Positions 1-9,061 of a stretch of 27,610 nt of DNA are shown here, piece after piece. Every line of letters begins with the position of its first letter. Positions within the stretch are counted from its first letter, which is position 1. The stretch is taken from positions 1 through 27,610 of the forward strand of contig JABHGE010000030.1 of NCBI GenBank assembly GCA_018672235.1, given 5' to 3'. A model generated the notes under the pieces. That model was not told where the DNA came from. It worked only from the letters and a program-made list of their open reading frames with translations, and made no database searches. The position numbers and the translations under genes were made by a program. This stretch comes from Fidelibacterota bacterium. GTDB taxonomy: Bacteria > Fidelibacterota > Marinisomatia > Marinisomatales > Marinisomataceae.

Positions 1-332
1 ATACTATCTATGTGTCGATCGTCAACGATACTTAAATCATGCTTGCTGTTAAAATGATCTAGAAATTTATCTTGAATAGCATGCTCACTTTTATTAGATA
101 AGACTGCTCTTCTCGACACTTCTTCTTTGCCTGGGACTGCAGACTCCTCAAATGCTCTGTTCAAGAAATCTAATACATTAATTTCTTGATTATTAGGTAT
201 CTGAGGATTCTTTAAATCCTTTTTAGCAGGAGCCTGGTTAGGAACAAGTTTCTTAGCCTTCTTTTGATTGCTTCTATAGGCAGACCAAAGATAAAAACCT
301 GCAATCGCCCCCCAATACAGTAATTCTTCCAA
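1..332 (-). CDS. Hypothetical membrane-anchored protein, third gene of the nfeD-floA operon (YqfB-like position); 3' end runs off the window
   Basis: Not in the ORF track. Read manually: TTG at 332-330, 2 nt after the floA stop, with AAAGGGA upstream. Open to the window edge: MEELLYWGAIAGFYLWSAYRSNQKKAKKLVPNQAPAKKDLKNPQ... (N-terminal hydrophobic helix followed by a basic, low-complexity tail). Confidence 0.75.
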   Translation of the reverse strand, partial: MEELLYWGAIAGFYLWSAYRSNQKKAKKLVPNQAPAKKDLKNPQIPNNQEINVLDFLNRAFEESAVPGKEEVSRRAVLSNKSEHAIQDKFLDHFNSKHDLSIVDDRHIDS

Positions 333-334
333 AC

Positions 335-1303
335 TTATCCCTTTGATTCGTCTTGGGATTCTTCTCCTGTACCAGCAATAGACTGTCTCATACTAGTGTC
401 TGAAGCAATATTATCGAGCTTGTAATAATCTAAAATTCCTAAATTACCTTCTCTAAATGCATGGGCCATAGCTTTAGGCACTTCAGATTCCGCCTCAACA
501 ACTTTAGCTTTCATTTCTTGCTCTAAGGCTACTGCCATTGCTCTTCTAGTTTCTGCTTTTGCTTGAGCAACTCTTAAGTCTGCTTCTGCTTGATCAGCTT
601 GTAACTGGGCACCAATATTTTTTCCTACATCAATATCAGCAATATCAATTGAAAGTATTTCAAATGCTGTTCCTTGATTTAATCCTTTATCTAATACATT
701 TTTAGAGATTGAGTCTGGATTTTCTAATACTGCCTCATAAGACTCTTTTGAACCAATGGCACTTACAATTCCTTCTCCAACTCTTGCGATGATTGTATCT
801 TCTGTTGCCCCTCCAACTAAGTTAGGGATATCAGTTCTCACAGTAACTCTTGCTCTTGCTCTCACTTCAATACCATCTTTTGATACGGCAGATAATTTTC
901 CATCTACTGGCGCATCAATTACTTTTGGATATACGCTTGTTTGTACTGCAGATAAAACATCACGCCCTGCTAAGTCAATTGCAGTAGCAATTTCAAAAGT
1001 CAATTCGATACCAGCCTTTTCTGCGGCAATTAGTGCAGCAACGACTTTATTTATATCTCCACCAGCCATATAATGCACTTCTAGATCATCGCTTTCCAGC
1101 GCGATTCCTGCTTTACGAGCTGCAATTAGTCCATTAACAACAACACCTGGAGGAACACGTCTAAATCGCATTCCAATCAAATTAAAAATAGTAACCTGGC
1201 CACCTCCAATACTAAATATGGCTTGTAGCCATAGTCCTACTGGAACGACCCATAATAATAATAATATAAATAATACTAACGGTAAGGCAACATAAAGTCC
1301 CAT
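335..1303 (-). CDS. floA: Flotillin-like protein FloA (YqfA/SPFH family)
   Basis: N-terminal TM; family motifs [82 protein letters not shown]; lies directly downstream of nfeD. Confidence 0.95.
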   Translation of the reverse strand: MGLYVALPLVLFILLLLWVVPVGLWLQAIFSIGGGQVTIFNLIGMRFRRVPPGVVVNGLIAARKAGIALESDDLEVHYMAGGDINKVVAALIAAEKAGIELTFEIATAIDLAGRDVLSAVQTSVYPKVIDAPVDGKLSAVSKDGIEVRARARVTVRTDIPNLVGGATEDTIIARVGEGIVSAIGSKESYEAVLENPDSISKNVLDKGLNQGTAFEILSIDIADIDVGKNIGAQLQADQAEADLRVAQAKAETRRAMAVALEQEMKAKVVEAESEVPKAMAHAFREGNLGILDYYKLDNIASDTSMRQSIAGTGEESQDESKG

Positions 1304-1363
1304 TACTCCTCCTTTTTTTGTCTAAAAATCTTATACAATTTATTCATAAACTCTGATATAGTC

Positions 1364-2566
1364 CTACACCTTCCCTCTTTTTTTATAATTTTTTTTCAGC
1401 GTACTTTTGTTAGAGTCTGTAGTAATAAATTTTTCTAAAAATTTTGATTTCAATAATAGATTAGCTACCATAATTAAGGCTATAATTGCTCCAACAACAC
1501 CCCAAGAAAATCCATCCATTGCTTGCGAATAAATTTCATCGCTCACAGGGACTCCGGGAATTAATAGAAGATATAACCCATAAAATAAAACGCCAATCCC
1601 TGCAATACCAAAAAATCCAAATCCAGGGATTGCTATAAACTCTATTACGAGCAATAATAAACCGCTCATAATAATTAATAAATCCATAGAAGAGGCCAAC
1701 TGTGTCAAGTATCCTGCTCCCAAAGCTAGTGTTAAACATACAATACCTATGGTGCCTCCAATACCCCATCCAGCGCTATATAATTCAGATATAATTCCAA
1801 TCGTACCAAAAGTGGTTAATAGCGATGATATGGTAGGATCTGTAAGGAAACGTACTAGGTCTTCAGACCAGTTTTCATTTAAAGTAATAATATTATAATC
1901 TTCTACGCCAAGGCTAGATAAAATTTCTTCTATTGATTCGCCTTTTCCGTCAGCAATACCATACTTTAATGCTAATTCTGTAGTTAACGTAATAAGCTTG
2001 CCTTCTTTTCTTCCTTCTATATCCTCAACTTTTAATGAGTCTCCCTGAATTACTAAAAATTCAAAACTTAATTCTTCATCAACCATTCCTCGAGCGATAC
2101 TGGAATTTTTTCCTGTCTTTTCTGCAGTAGCAGCCATTTCTTCTCTCATATAGCTTTGAGATTTTTCTGATTGTTTTGATCCTGTCATATCTACAACGCT
2201 AGTAGCTCCAATAGTTGCTCCATCTGTCATATAAATTTTATCGCATGATAAAGAGATCAGGGACCCAGCTGAAATTGCTCTACGGTTAATAAAAGCTATC
2301 GTGGTAATATCTGTTGCTGATATAGCATCTTTAATTTGAGTAGCCGCATCAACCCGACCTCCAAAAGTATCTATATCAAAAATAATTAATTCACTATTAT
2401 TAGACTCTGCTATACTTATAGCGCGCTTCACAAAACTAGGGATTCCTAAGTCGATTGTATCTTGTATGGGAACGATATAAATATTTTTTTTATTTTCTTG
2501 AGCCATATTACTCCCTAGAGTGAGTAATAAAATAAATAGCCATATGTGTTTGAATTTTGTTTTCAT
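1364..2566 (-). CDS. nfeD: NfeD1b/YqeZ-type membrane-bound ClpP-class serine protease (C-terminal OB domain absent)
   Basis: Signal peptide; DTFGG and AISAG (catalytic Ser) motifs; GKLITLT; multi-TM domain with IPGFG; typical partner of floA. Confidence 0.9.
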   Translation of the reverse strand: MKTKFKHIWLFILLLTLGSNMAQENKKNIYIVPIQDTIDLGIPSFVKRAISIAESNNSELIIFDIDTFGGRVDAATQIKDAISATDITTIAFINRRAISAGSLISLSCDKIYMTDGATIGATSVVDMTGSKQSEKSQSYMREEMAATAEKTGKNSSIARGMVDEELSFEFLVIQGDSLKVEDIEGRKEGKLITLTTELALKYGIADGKGESIEEILSSLGVEDYNIITLNENWSEDLVRFLTDPTISSLLTTFGTIGIISELYSAGWGIGGTIGIVCLTLALGAGYLTQLASSMDLLIIMSGLLLLVIEFIAIPGFGFFGIAGIGVLFYGLYLLLIPGVPVSDEIYSQAMDGFSWGVVGAIIALIMVANLLLKSKFLEKFITTDSNKSTLKKNYKKRGKV

Positions 2567-2594
2567 TGCTAATACAAAGATTTACATTTACTTA

Positions 2595-3434
2595 ATGTAT
2601 ATATTTCTGAAAGTGCTTTCATTTTTTCTAAGAACTGTTCCAACATTCTTAAATAAACTTACCTATAAATGCTTCTATAGTCTACTATTCCATCTACTAA
2701 AATTAAGACGAAAAGTAGTATTAGATAACTTAAAAAGAGCATTTCCTGATAAAAGCCAAAACTGGTACGAAAAAATGACTTCTGAGTGTTATAAATTTTA
2801 TGTAGAAGATTTTTTAGAATTTCTTTCTTTTCCAAGGTACTTCGACAATAAAAAGATAAAGTTCAACGATCTTGAATTATTAGATGAAGCATTAAAAGAA
2901 GATAAGGGGGTTATCTTTGTTGGTGGACACTTTGGGTCATTTGATAAGCTCTTCTATGATCTTTCAAATAAAGGATACTCTTTATGTGGAGTGGCATATA
3001 AACAAAATGATAGTGCTGCAGATCAATTTTTTAAGAAAATTAGAGAAAAATATATGGAAAGACAGCTCTATAAAGGAGAATCGGGCATTCATCTTAAAGC
3101 TGCGTTAAAGAACAATGAGATACTAATCTTACTAAGCGACCAAGATGCCAGAGAAAAAGGCAAATTTGTTAATTTTTTTAATATTCCATCTTCTACTCCA
3201 TCTGGAGCAGCCATATTGCATAAACGAATAGGAGCGCCCATTATTTTCTTCGCCATCACAAAACATGATCATGAATATAGTGTAACCTTTACAAAAATAA
3301 ACGCAGCTGGAACGTTAGATGTGGATGAAGTTGTTCAAGAGTATACACTAGCATTAGAAAACGTTATTAAAAAAAATCCAGAACAATATTTTTGGTTTCA
3401 TAAAAGATGGAAAACTACTCTAAGAGGATTATGA
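2595..3434 (+). CDS. Lipid A late acyltransferase / lysophospholipid acyltransferase family (LpxL/HtrB-like)
   Basis: NLKRAFP, GHFGSFD (HxxxxD), LLSDQDA and C-terminal PEQYFWFHKRWK motifs. Start moved to ATG 2595 because the 2520 start overlaps nfeD. Confidence 0.85.
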   Translation: MYIFLKVLSFFLRTVPTFLNKLTYKCFYSLLFHLLKLRRKVVLDNLKRAFPDKSQNWYEKMTSECYKFYVEDFLEFLSFPRYFDNKKIKFNDLELLDEALKEDKGVIFVGGHFGSFDKLFYDLSNKGYSLCGVAYKQNDSAADQFFKKIREKYMERQLYKGESGIHLKAALKNNEILILLSDQDAREKGKFVNFFNIPSSTPSGAAILHKRIGAPIIFFAITKHDHEYSVTFTKINAAGTLDVDEVVQEYTLALENVIKKNPEQYFWFHKRWKTTLRGL

Positions 3435-3997
3435 AAAGGATCGCAATAAATCACCCAGATGTTATTCATCGCACATTATTGGCGTTAAAAAATAACCAAA
3501 TAATTGCATACCCTACAGATACAATTTATGGGATTGGAACAGATATAGACAATGATCTTGGCATAAACAAGATTAACCATCTTAAGAATCGACAAGCCCC
3601 TATGAGTATTATTACCCATAGCCTTGAAAGCCTTTCTAATAAATTGGTTATCCCCTTAAACATGAAAAATAAAATGGACAGTATCATTGCAAAAGGCGAT
3701 ACATGTATTGTAAAATATAAATCAAATAGCTTTAATAGTTTAATTACTAAGAATAACATGATTGGATTTCGCGTTCCCAACTACCCATTCTTGACCACAC
3801 TTTTATCTGAATATAATAAGCCTATAACAACTACAAGTATTAATACTACTGGTCAAGAACCAGTTAATAACCCAGATGAGATAGAAAAAATGTTTGGCTC
3901 TAATATAGATCTCATAATAGATGGTGGTATTATTAATAATAAGTCTGCTTCAAAAATTTATATGTTTGATAAAGATAATATTTCTCAAATTCGATAA
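3431..3997 (+). CDS. tsaC: Threonylcarbamoyl-AMP synthase (single-domain YrdC/TsaC)
   Basis: AYPTDTIYGIG, KxR (KNR), GFRVP, TTSIN and IIDGG motifs; ATGA overlap with the upstream gene at 3431-3434; AGAGGA SD. Confidence 0.9.
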   Translation: MKRIAINHPDVIHRTLLALKNNQIIAYPTDTIYGIGTDIDNDLGINKINHLKNRQAPMSIITHSLESLSNKLVIPLNMKNKMDSIIAKGDTCIVKYKSNSFNSLITKNNMIGFRVPNYPFLTTLLSEYNKPITTTSINTTGQEPVNNPDEIEKMFGSNIDLIIDGGIINNKSASKIYMFDKDNISQIR

Positions 3998-4000
3998 ATA

Positions 4001-4747
4001 ATGAAAAAAATTATTATACTCCTATTCATGTCTTTCTTATTAGGACAAACATCTTTAGAAAAATCTCCATCTTTTGTACCTGGAGAAGAGTACAAATATG
4101 ATCTATTTGTTGACTTCATTAAAATTGGCCCTGATTTAATAAAATTAGGTTCAGCTACGCTAAGTATAAAAAATATAGAAATAATAAATGGGCGCGAAGC
4201 CTATCATTTAAACTTTTCCGTAAAGACTTCTAAATTGGGTGATGCTCTATATAAGATTAGAGATACAATAGATGTATGGGTTGATACTGAATCGCTTGGC
4301 TTAATTAAGCAGGTTAAAAAATTGCGCGAAAGGAATACCCGACGCGAATCAACAACTGTCATTCAAGGTAACAAGGCTATAACTAATGGTAAAGAATACA
4401 CCATACCAGAGAATATATTTGATCCATATGCGTTAATAATGATTCTAAAAAATGAAAATATATTAGAACAAGAATCAAAAAAATTTACTACGCTAGATGA
4501 AGGCAAAGTGAGAGAAATTGAGATACAAAATATTGGGATGAAAACCATTCGTACGCCGGCGGGGAAATTTGATGCTTACACGTACAAGCCTTTACATAAC
4601 GGCAAATCTGCATTAAAAAATAAAGGGGATATGCAAATATCATATGGAACCATTAACAGCCGAACTGTGCCTGTTAAAATATCATTGAAGCTCAGTAAGG
4701 GAGTAATTGTTTTAAAATTAAAAAAGTCTAAGAATATCGTTGATTAG
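4001..4747 (+). CDS. Exported DUF3108-family protein
   Basis: Signal peptide MKKIIILLFMSFLLG; GEEYKY, YKIRD and TIRTPAGKF motifs; C-terminal PVKI...LKL beta-strand pattern typical of DUF3108. Confidence 0.7.
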   Translation: MKKIIILLFMSFLLGQTSLEKSPSFVPGEEYKYDLFVDFIKIGPDLIKLGSATLSIKNIEIINGREAYHLNFSVKTSKLGDALYKIRDTIDVWVDTESLGLIKQVKKLRERNTRRESTTVIQGNKAITNGKEYTIPENIFDPYALIMILKNENILEQESKKFTTLDEGKVREIEIQNIGMKTIRTPAGKFDAYTYKPLHNGKSALKNKGDMQISYGTINSRTVPVKISLKLSKGVIVLKLKKSKNIVD

Positions 4748-5788
4748 CAGAAATGCCATTAATGATAACAATATAAACATTCCTACTGACTGGATACGCA
4801 TTCTCGCTTTAACTGAAAGTTTTCTTCTCATCAATACTTCAATTAAAATAACTGCAATATGTCCACCATCTAGCCCTGGTATCGGTAACATATTAATGAA
4901 TGCTAAATTTACACTAATCAAAGCCATCAATAATAAAAATGGACTTAGCCCAGCTTGTGCTGCATCTCCAGCCATTTGTCCAATCATAATAACGCTACCT
5001 ACTTCATCTTTTGAAACATTACCTTGAAAAATCATTTTTAAAGAAGAGCTCATCAATACCATTGACCATGCTGTACGATTATATCCATATTGAAAAGATT
5101 CTATAAACCCTAGTTCTTTCACTTGCATATCTTTGGCAATGCCAATTAATCCAATAGTTTCGTCTACTCTACCTGCTTTAAAGTTTGGTCCAGAGGACAA
5201 TGTAATATTTTTTTTATATGACTCGCCTTCTCTTATAATTGTAATAGGTATTTCTTGGTTAGGATTTTTTTCTACTATGCTTACAGCGGCTGTCCAACTT
5301 GCAACTTCAATATTATTAATTGAAATAATTTTATCTCCAACTAACAAATCAGCACTTTCAGCCGGTCCGCCAGGAGCAACAAAATCTATAACAACATCTT
5401 GATCAACAGGTACTACATCTCCATCTAGAGCGCCGATAGCAGAAAAGACAAAAAAAGCTAAAATAATATTCATAATAACGCCTGCACTTAAAACCCAAAT
5501 TTTTTGTAACGCACTCTTTGATTCTAGTTCATCATCGGCACCAACTAGTTCAGTATCCATGTTCTCATCTAACATGCCTTTAATTTTGACATATCCACCC
5601 AACGGTAGAGCTCCAATTACAAAAACTGTATTAATATTTTTTGGTTTAAACTTATAAATCGTAGGAGGCATCCCAATTGAAAATTGCTCAACTGTCACAC
5701 CTATGCTTCGTGCAGCTAAATAGTGACCAAGCTCATGCACAAAAACAATGATGCTAATAAGTATAATGAATGCGATTATATAGATCAT
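4718..5788 (-). CDS. rseP: RIP metalloprotease RseP (site-2 protease, one PDZ domain)
   Basis: HELGH (HExxH), FSIGM, LPLGGYV, AGVIMN, a PDZ region and NMLPIPGLDGGH; follows dxr. Confidence 0.95.
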   Translation of the reverse strand: MIYIIAFIILISIIVFVHELGHYLAARSIGVTVEQFSIGMPPTIYKFKPKNINTVFVIGALPLGGYVKIKGMLDENMDTELVGADDELESKSALQKIWVLSAGVIMNIILAFFVFSAIGALDGDVVPVDQDVVIDFVAPGGPAESADLLVGDKIISINNIEVASWTAAVSIVEKNPNQEIPITIIREGESYKKNITLSSGPNFKAGRVDETIGLIGIAKDMQVKELGFIESFQYGYNRTAWSMVLMSSSLKMIFQGNVSKDEVGSVIMIGQMAGDAAQAGLSPFLLLMALISVNLAFINMLPIPGLDGGHIAVILIEVLMRRKLSVKARMRIQSVGMFILLSLMAFLLINDILRLF

Positions 5789-5792
5789 AGAA

Positions 5793-6929
5793 TTAGCCCA
5801 AATATAGTTTTATTTGTTGATTTAATGTAAGTAAATCTTCTACAGATGGACTTGAATTATCTTCAAATTCATTTATCACTTTTTCAAGTAAACTTCGTAT
5901 ATCTGTAAATAAAATCTCTTTATTTAAAAATTGATTAACAATATAGTCATTTGCCATGCTCATAATAGGAATCCTGTTGCCTCCTCTGTCAATTAATTCA
6001 GTCAGTAACTCTAAGGCGGGGTATCTTGCATAGTCTGGTTTTAAAAATGTGAATTGACCAATATCTGCAAAATTTAAACTGCCGTAATTACTATGGATTC
6101 TTCCAGGAAAAGATAGGGCATACTGTATGGGAATTTTCATATCCGGAATTCCAAGATGCGCTTTATAAGAGTCGTCTATAAACTGTACCATAGAGTGTAT
6201 AATAGACTCAGGATGAATAACAATTTCTATATCTTTTTTATTGACATTAAATAACCACATTGCTTCTACCAATTCTAGTCCTTTATTCATCATAGTGGCC
6301 GAATCGATTGAGATTTTTTTTCCCATATCCCAATTAGGATGCTTTAAGGCTTCTTCTTGGCAGATAGAGCTAAATGTATTTAATTCTCTTTTTAAAAAAG
6401 GTCCTCCGCTACCAGTTAAAATTATTTTTTTTAACACATCGCTTTCTTCCCCATGAAGACATTGAAAAATAGCAGAATGTTCACTATCTACTGGAATTAA
6501 ATTGGCTGTATTTTCTTTTACTTTTGGCATAATAAGATGTCCTCCTAACACTAAAGACTCCTTATTGCTCAATGCTAATTCAATATTATTATTAACTGTG
6601 TTTATAGTAGGAATTAAGCCATCTGTTCCCACAATAGCATTAATAACAAGATCTATCTCTTTATACTGCGATAAGATATCAGAAGAATTTTCTCCAACGA
6701 TTAAATCAATACTATTTTTTTTACAAAACTCTGTAATTGGATGGTGTTCAGGTATTGTGTTAATGCCAATTTTTTTGGGCATAAATTTTTTGGTTTGTTC
6801 GAAGAGTAGATCTGCATTATGATTACATGATAAAGATATTATGTCAAATTGATTTTTATTTTGATTTATAACTGATAAACTTTGAGTGCCAACAGAACCC
6901 GTTGAACCAAATATTGCAATTCTTTTCAT
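5793..6929 (-). CDS. dxr: 1-deoxy-D-xylulose-5-phosphate reductoisomerase
   Basis: GSTGSVG, NKESL, PVDSEHSA, SGGPF and HPNWDMGKKISIDSATMMNKGLE motifs. True start is ATG 6929 (MKRIAIFG), not 6998. Confidence 0.96.
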   Translation of the reverse strand: MKRIAIFGSTGSVGTQSLSVINQNKNQFDIISLSCNHNADLLFEQTKKFMPKKIGINTIPEHHPITEFCKKNSIDLIVGENSSDILSQYKEIDLVINAIVGTDGLIPTINTVNNNIELALSNKESLVLGGHLIMPKVKENTANLIPVDSEHSAIFQCLHGEESDVLKKIILTGSGGPFLKRELNTFSSICQEEALKHPNWDMGKKISIDSATMMNKGLELVEAMWLFNVNKKDIEIVIHPESIIHSMVQFIDDSYKAHLGIPDMKIPIQYALSFPGRIHSNYGSLNFADIGQFTFLKPDYARYPALELLTELIDRGGNRIPIMSMANDYIVNQFLNKEILFTDIRSLLEKVINEFEDNSSPSVEDLLTLNQQIKLYLG

Positions 6930-6939
6930 TGAAGCTATA

Positions 6940-7710
6940 CTAAATAATTCCTCTATCACTTTTTTCCATAAAATTAATAATTTCATCAACATGTTCATTG
7001 TTTTGAAATTTTTCTTTTATTTTTTTAAGCGAAATAGCTGGATTTAATTCAGACCTAAAATAATAACGATAAACTTTTTTAATTATAGCTTTATCTTCAT
7101 CGCTAAATCCTCTTCTAGATAAACCTAAGGCATTAATTCCTGCATATCGAAGAGGGTGTTTTCCTCCTAGAATATATGGAGGAACATCTTGAACAACTTT
7201 TGAATTTGCTGCAAGCATTACATGTTTTCCAATTTTACAGAATTGATGTACATTGGTAACACCGCCTAGAATAGCCCAGTCACCAACTTCAACATGTCCG
7301 CCTAAAGCTACTAAATTTACTAAAATAGCATTATTCCCAATAATGCAATCATGGGCAACATGAACGCCAGTCATTATTAGAACATCGTCTCCGATATTAG
7401 TTTCTCCTGTAGCCTTTGTTCCGCGATTTAATGTAACAAACTCTCTAATGATTGTACGTTTACCAATTATAAGCTTTGTTTTTTCTCCACCAAATTTTTT
7501 ATCCTGCGGTATGGCCCCAATACTACTATTATGAACAATACTAGATTCATCGCCAATCTCTGTATATTGGCCAATGGTATTAAAATTACCGATAGTTACA
7601 TTATTGCCAATGATAACATCATCTTCAATAACGTTGTAGGCTCCTATCGTTACATTATTACCAATTTTTGCTGAATCTGCTATAATATTTGTTGGATGTA
7701 TCTTATTCAT
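6940..7710 (-). CDS. lpxA: UDP-N-acetylglucosamine O-acyltransferase
   Basis: Hexapeptide repeats; PQDKKF, IREFVTLNRGT, HVAHDC, HQFC, QDVPPY and GLSRRGF motifs. Confidence 0.96.
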   Translation of the reverse strand: MNKIHPTNIIADSAKIGNNVTIGAYNVIEDDVIIGNNVTIGNFNTIGQYTEIGDESSIVHNSSIGAIPQDKKFGGEKTKLIIGKRTIIREFVTLNRGTKATGETNIGDDVLIMTGVHVAHDCIIGNNAILVNLVALGGHVEVGDWAILGGVTNVHQFCKIGKHVMLAANSKVVQDVPPYILGGKHPLRYAGINALGLSRRGFSDEDKAIIKKVYRYYFRSELNPAISLKKIKEKFQNNEHVDEIINFMEKSDRGII

Positions 7711-8143
7711 TTTCTTTATCTACTATTGTGGCAAAAAATTCTGTTGACGCTATTTTTTTATCTTTTACAAAGCATGTAGCAGCAAATTTAAAAGAACCTA
7801 ATTTGTGCTGTAATAATTTTGCTTTAATAAATAACTGATCTCCAGGTATTACGTTATCATATATTTTATAATTTAATATTTTTGACATAAATACTAGTTT
7901 TTTAGATGGATCTTCCATGAAATCTACCATCAATAAACATCCTGACTGTGCAATAGCCTCTAAAATTAAAACACCTGGCATTATAGGCCTTGTAGGAAAA
8001 TGTCCTTGGAAATAAGGCTCATTTATAGAAACATTCTTGAGAGTTCTAATGCTTTCTTTTTTTTTATGTTCAATAATACGGTCGACCATTAAAAATGGAT
8101 AACGATGCGGCATTACATCTAATATGTAGTTAATATCATTCAT
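7703..8143 (-). CDS. fabZ: 3-hydroxyacyl-ACP dehydratase
   Basis: PHRYPFLMVDR, KNVSINEPYFQGHFP and MPGVLILEA (catalytic His and Glu present). Confidence 0.96.
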   Translation of the reverse strand: MNDINYILDVMPHRYPFLMVDRIIEHKKKESIRTLKNVSINEPYFQGHFPTRPIMPGVLILEAIAQSGCLLMVDFMEDPSKKLVFMSKILNYKIYDNVIPGDQLFIKAKLLQHKLGSFKFAATCFVKDKKIASTEFFATIVDKENE

Positions 8144-9061
8144 TTAAAATTGATCCTTAAATTCTTTTCGCAATAATTTTGCAAACTCAACATTGCCTTT
8201 ATGCCCACTTCTGATTGCAGTAATATGTCCTAAAATTGGCTTACCTAATAGCGCAAGATCACCCACTAAGTCTAATGTTTTATGTCTGACAGGTTCATTC
8301 TTAAATCGTAAAATTTGTGATTTATATAAACCCTTAGTCCCTTCATAAAATTTAATTCCAAATCTTTTTCGAAAGAATTTTACTTGTTGGTCGTTTATAT
8401 CTGTATCAACAATAATAACAGCATTACCTAGGTTGCCGCCCTTAATCAATCCCTGTTTTTCTAGCTGTGCTACTTCACTTAATAAGCAAAATGTACGTGC
8501 TGGTGCAATCTGTTTTTCATAATTAGTATACATATTTTGTACAGAACTATATTGTACGTCTAGTGCATCTAAATCATATTGAATAGTAAAAGTTGTTTTA
8601 AATCCATCATATGGTACAGCAAATACTTCAACATCTTTTTCTTCATCGGCATAAAAAATAGGTTTAGTAATTCTTAAAAAATCAACCTTACTGTCTTGTT
8701 CTATAATTTGGCCTTCATTTAACGCAGCAACAAAATCTTTTGCACTACCATCCATTACTGGGGGCTCTTTACTATTAAGCTCAATTAAAAGGTTGGTAAC
8801 ACCCATACCCGCACATGCAGACATAACATGTTCTGTGGTATGAACTCTTACTCCATTTTCTTCAATGGTAGTTCCTCTAGTTAAGTCTATTACATTTTCT
8901 ATATCTGGCGTGACAATCTGATCTTTTTGATCATTTCGCATGAACTTGACACCAAAATTTTCTTTAGCTGGATGAAAAGTAATAGTACTCTCTACTCCTG
9001 TATGTAACCCAATTCCCGTACAGGATACTGGATACTTAATTGTTTTTTGTTTTTTTATCAT
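8144..9061 (-). CDS. lpxC: UDP-3-O-acyl-N-acetylglucosamine deacetylase
   Basis: GIGLHTG, TEH, PVMDGSA, IAPARTF, HKTLDLVGDL and SGH zinc/catalytic motifs. Confidence 0.96.
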   Translation of the reverse strand: MIKKQKTIKYPVSCTGIGLHTGVESTITFHPAKENFGVKFMRNDQKDQIVTPDIENVIDLTRGTTIEENGVRVHTTEHVMSACAGMGVTNLLIELNSKEPPVMDGSAKDFVAALNEGQIIEQDSKVDFLRITKPIFYADEEKDVEVFAVPYDGFKTTFTIQYDLDALDVQYSSVQNMYTNYEKQIAPARTFCLLSEVAQLEKQGLIKGGNLGNAVIIVDTDINDQQVKFFRKRFGIKFYEGTKGLYKSQILRFKNEPVRHKTLDLVGDLALLGKPILGHITAIRSGHKGNVEFAKLLRKEFKDQF

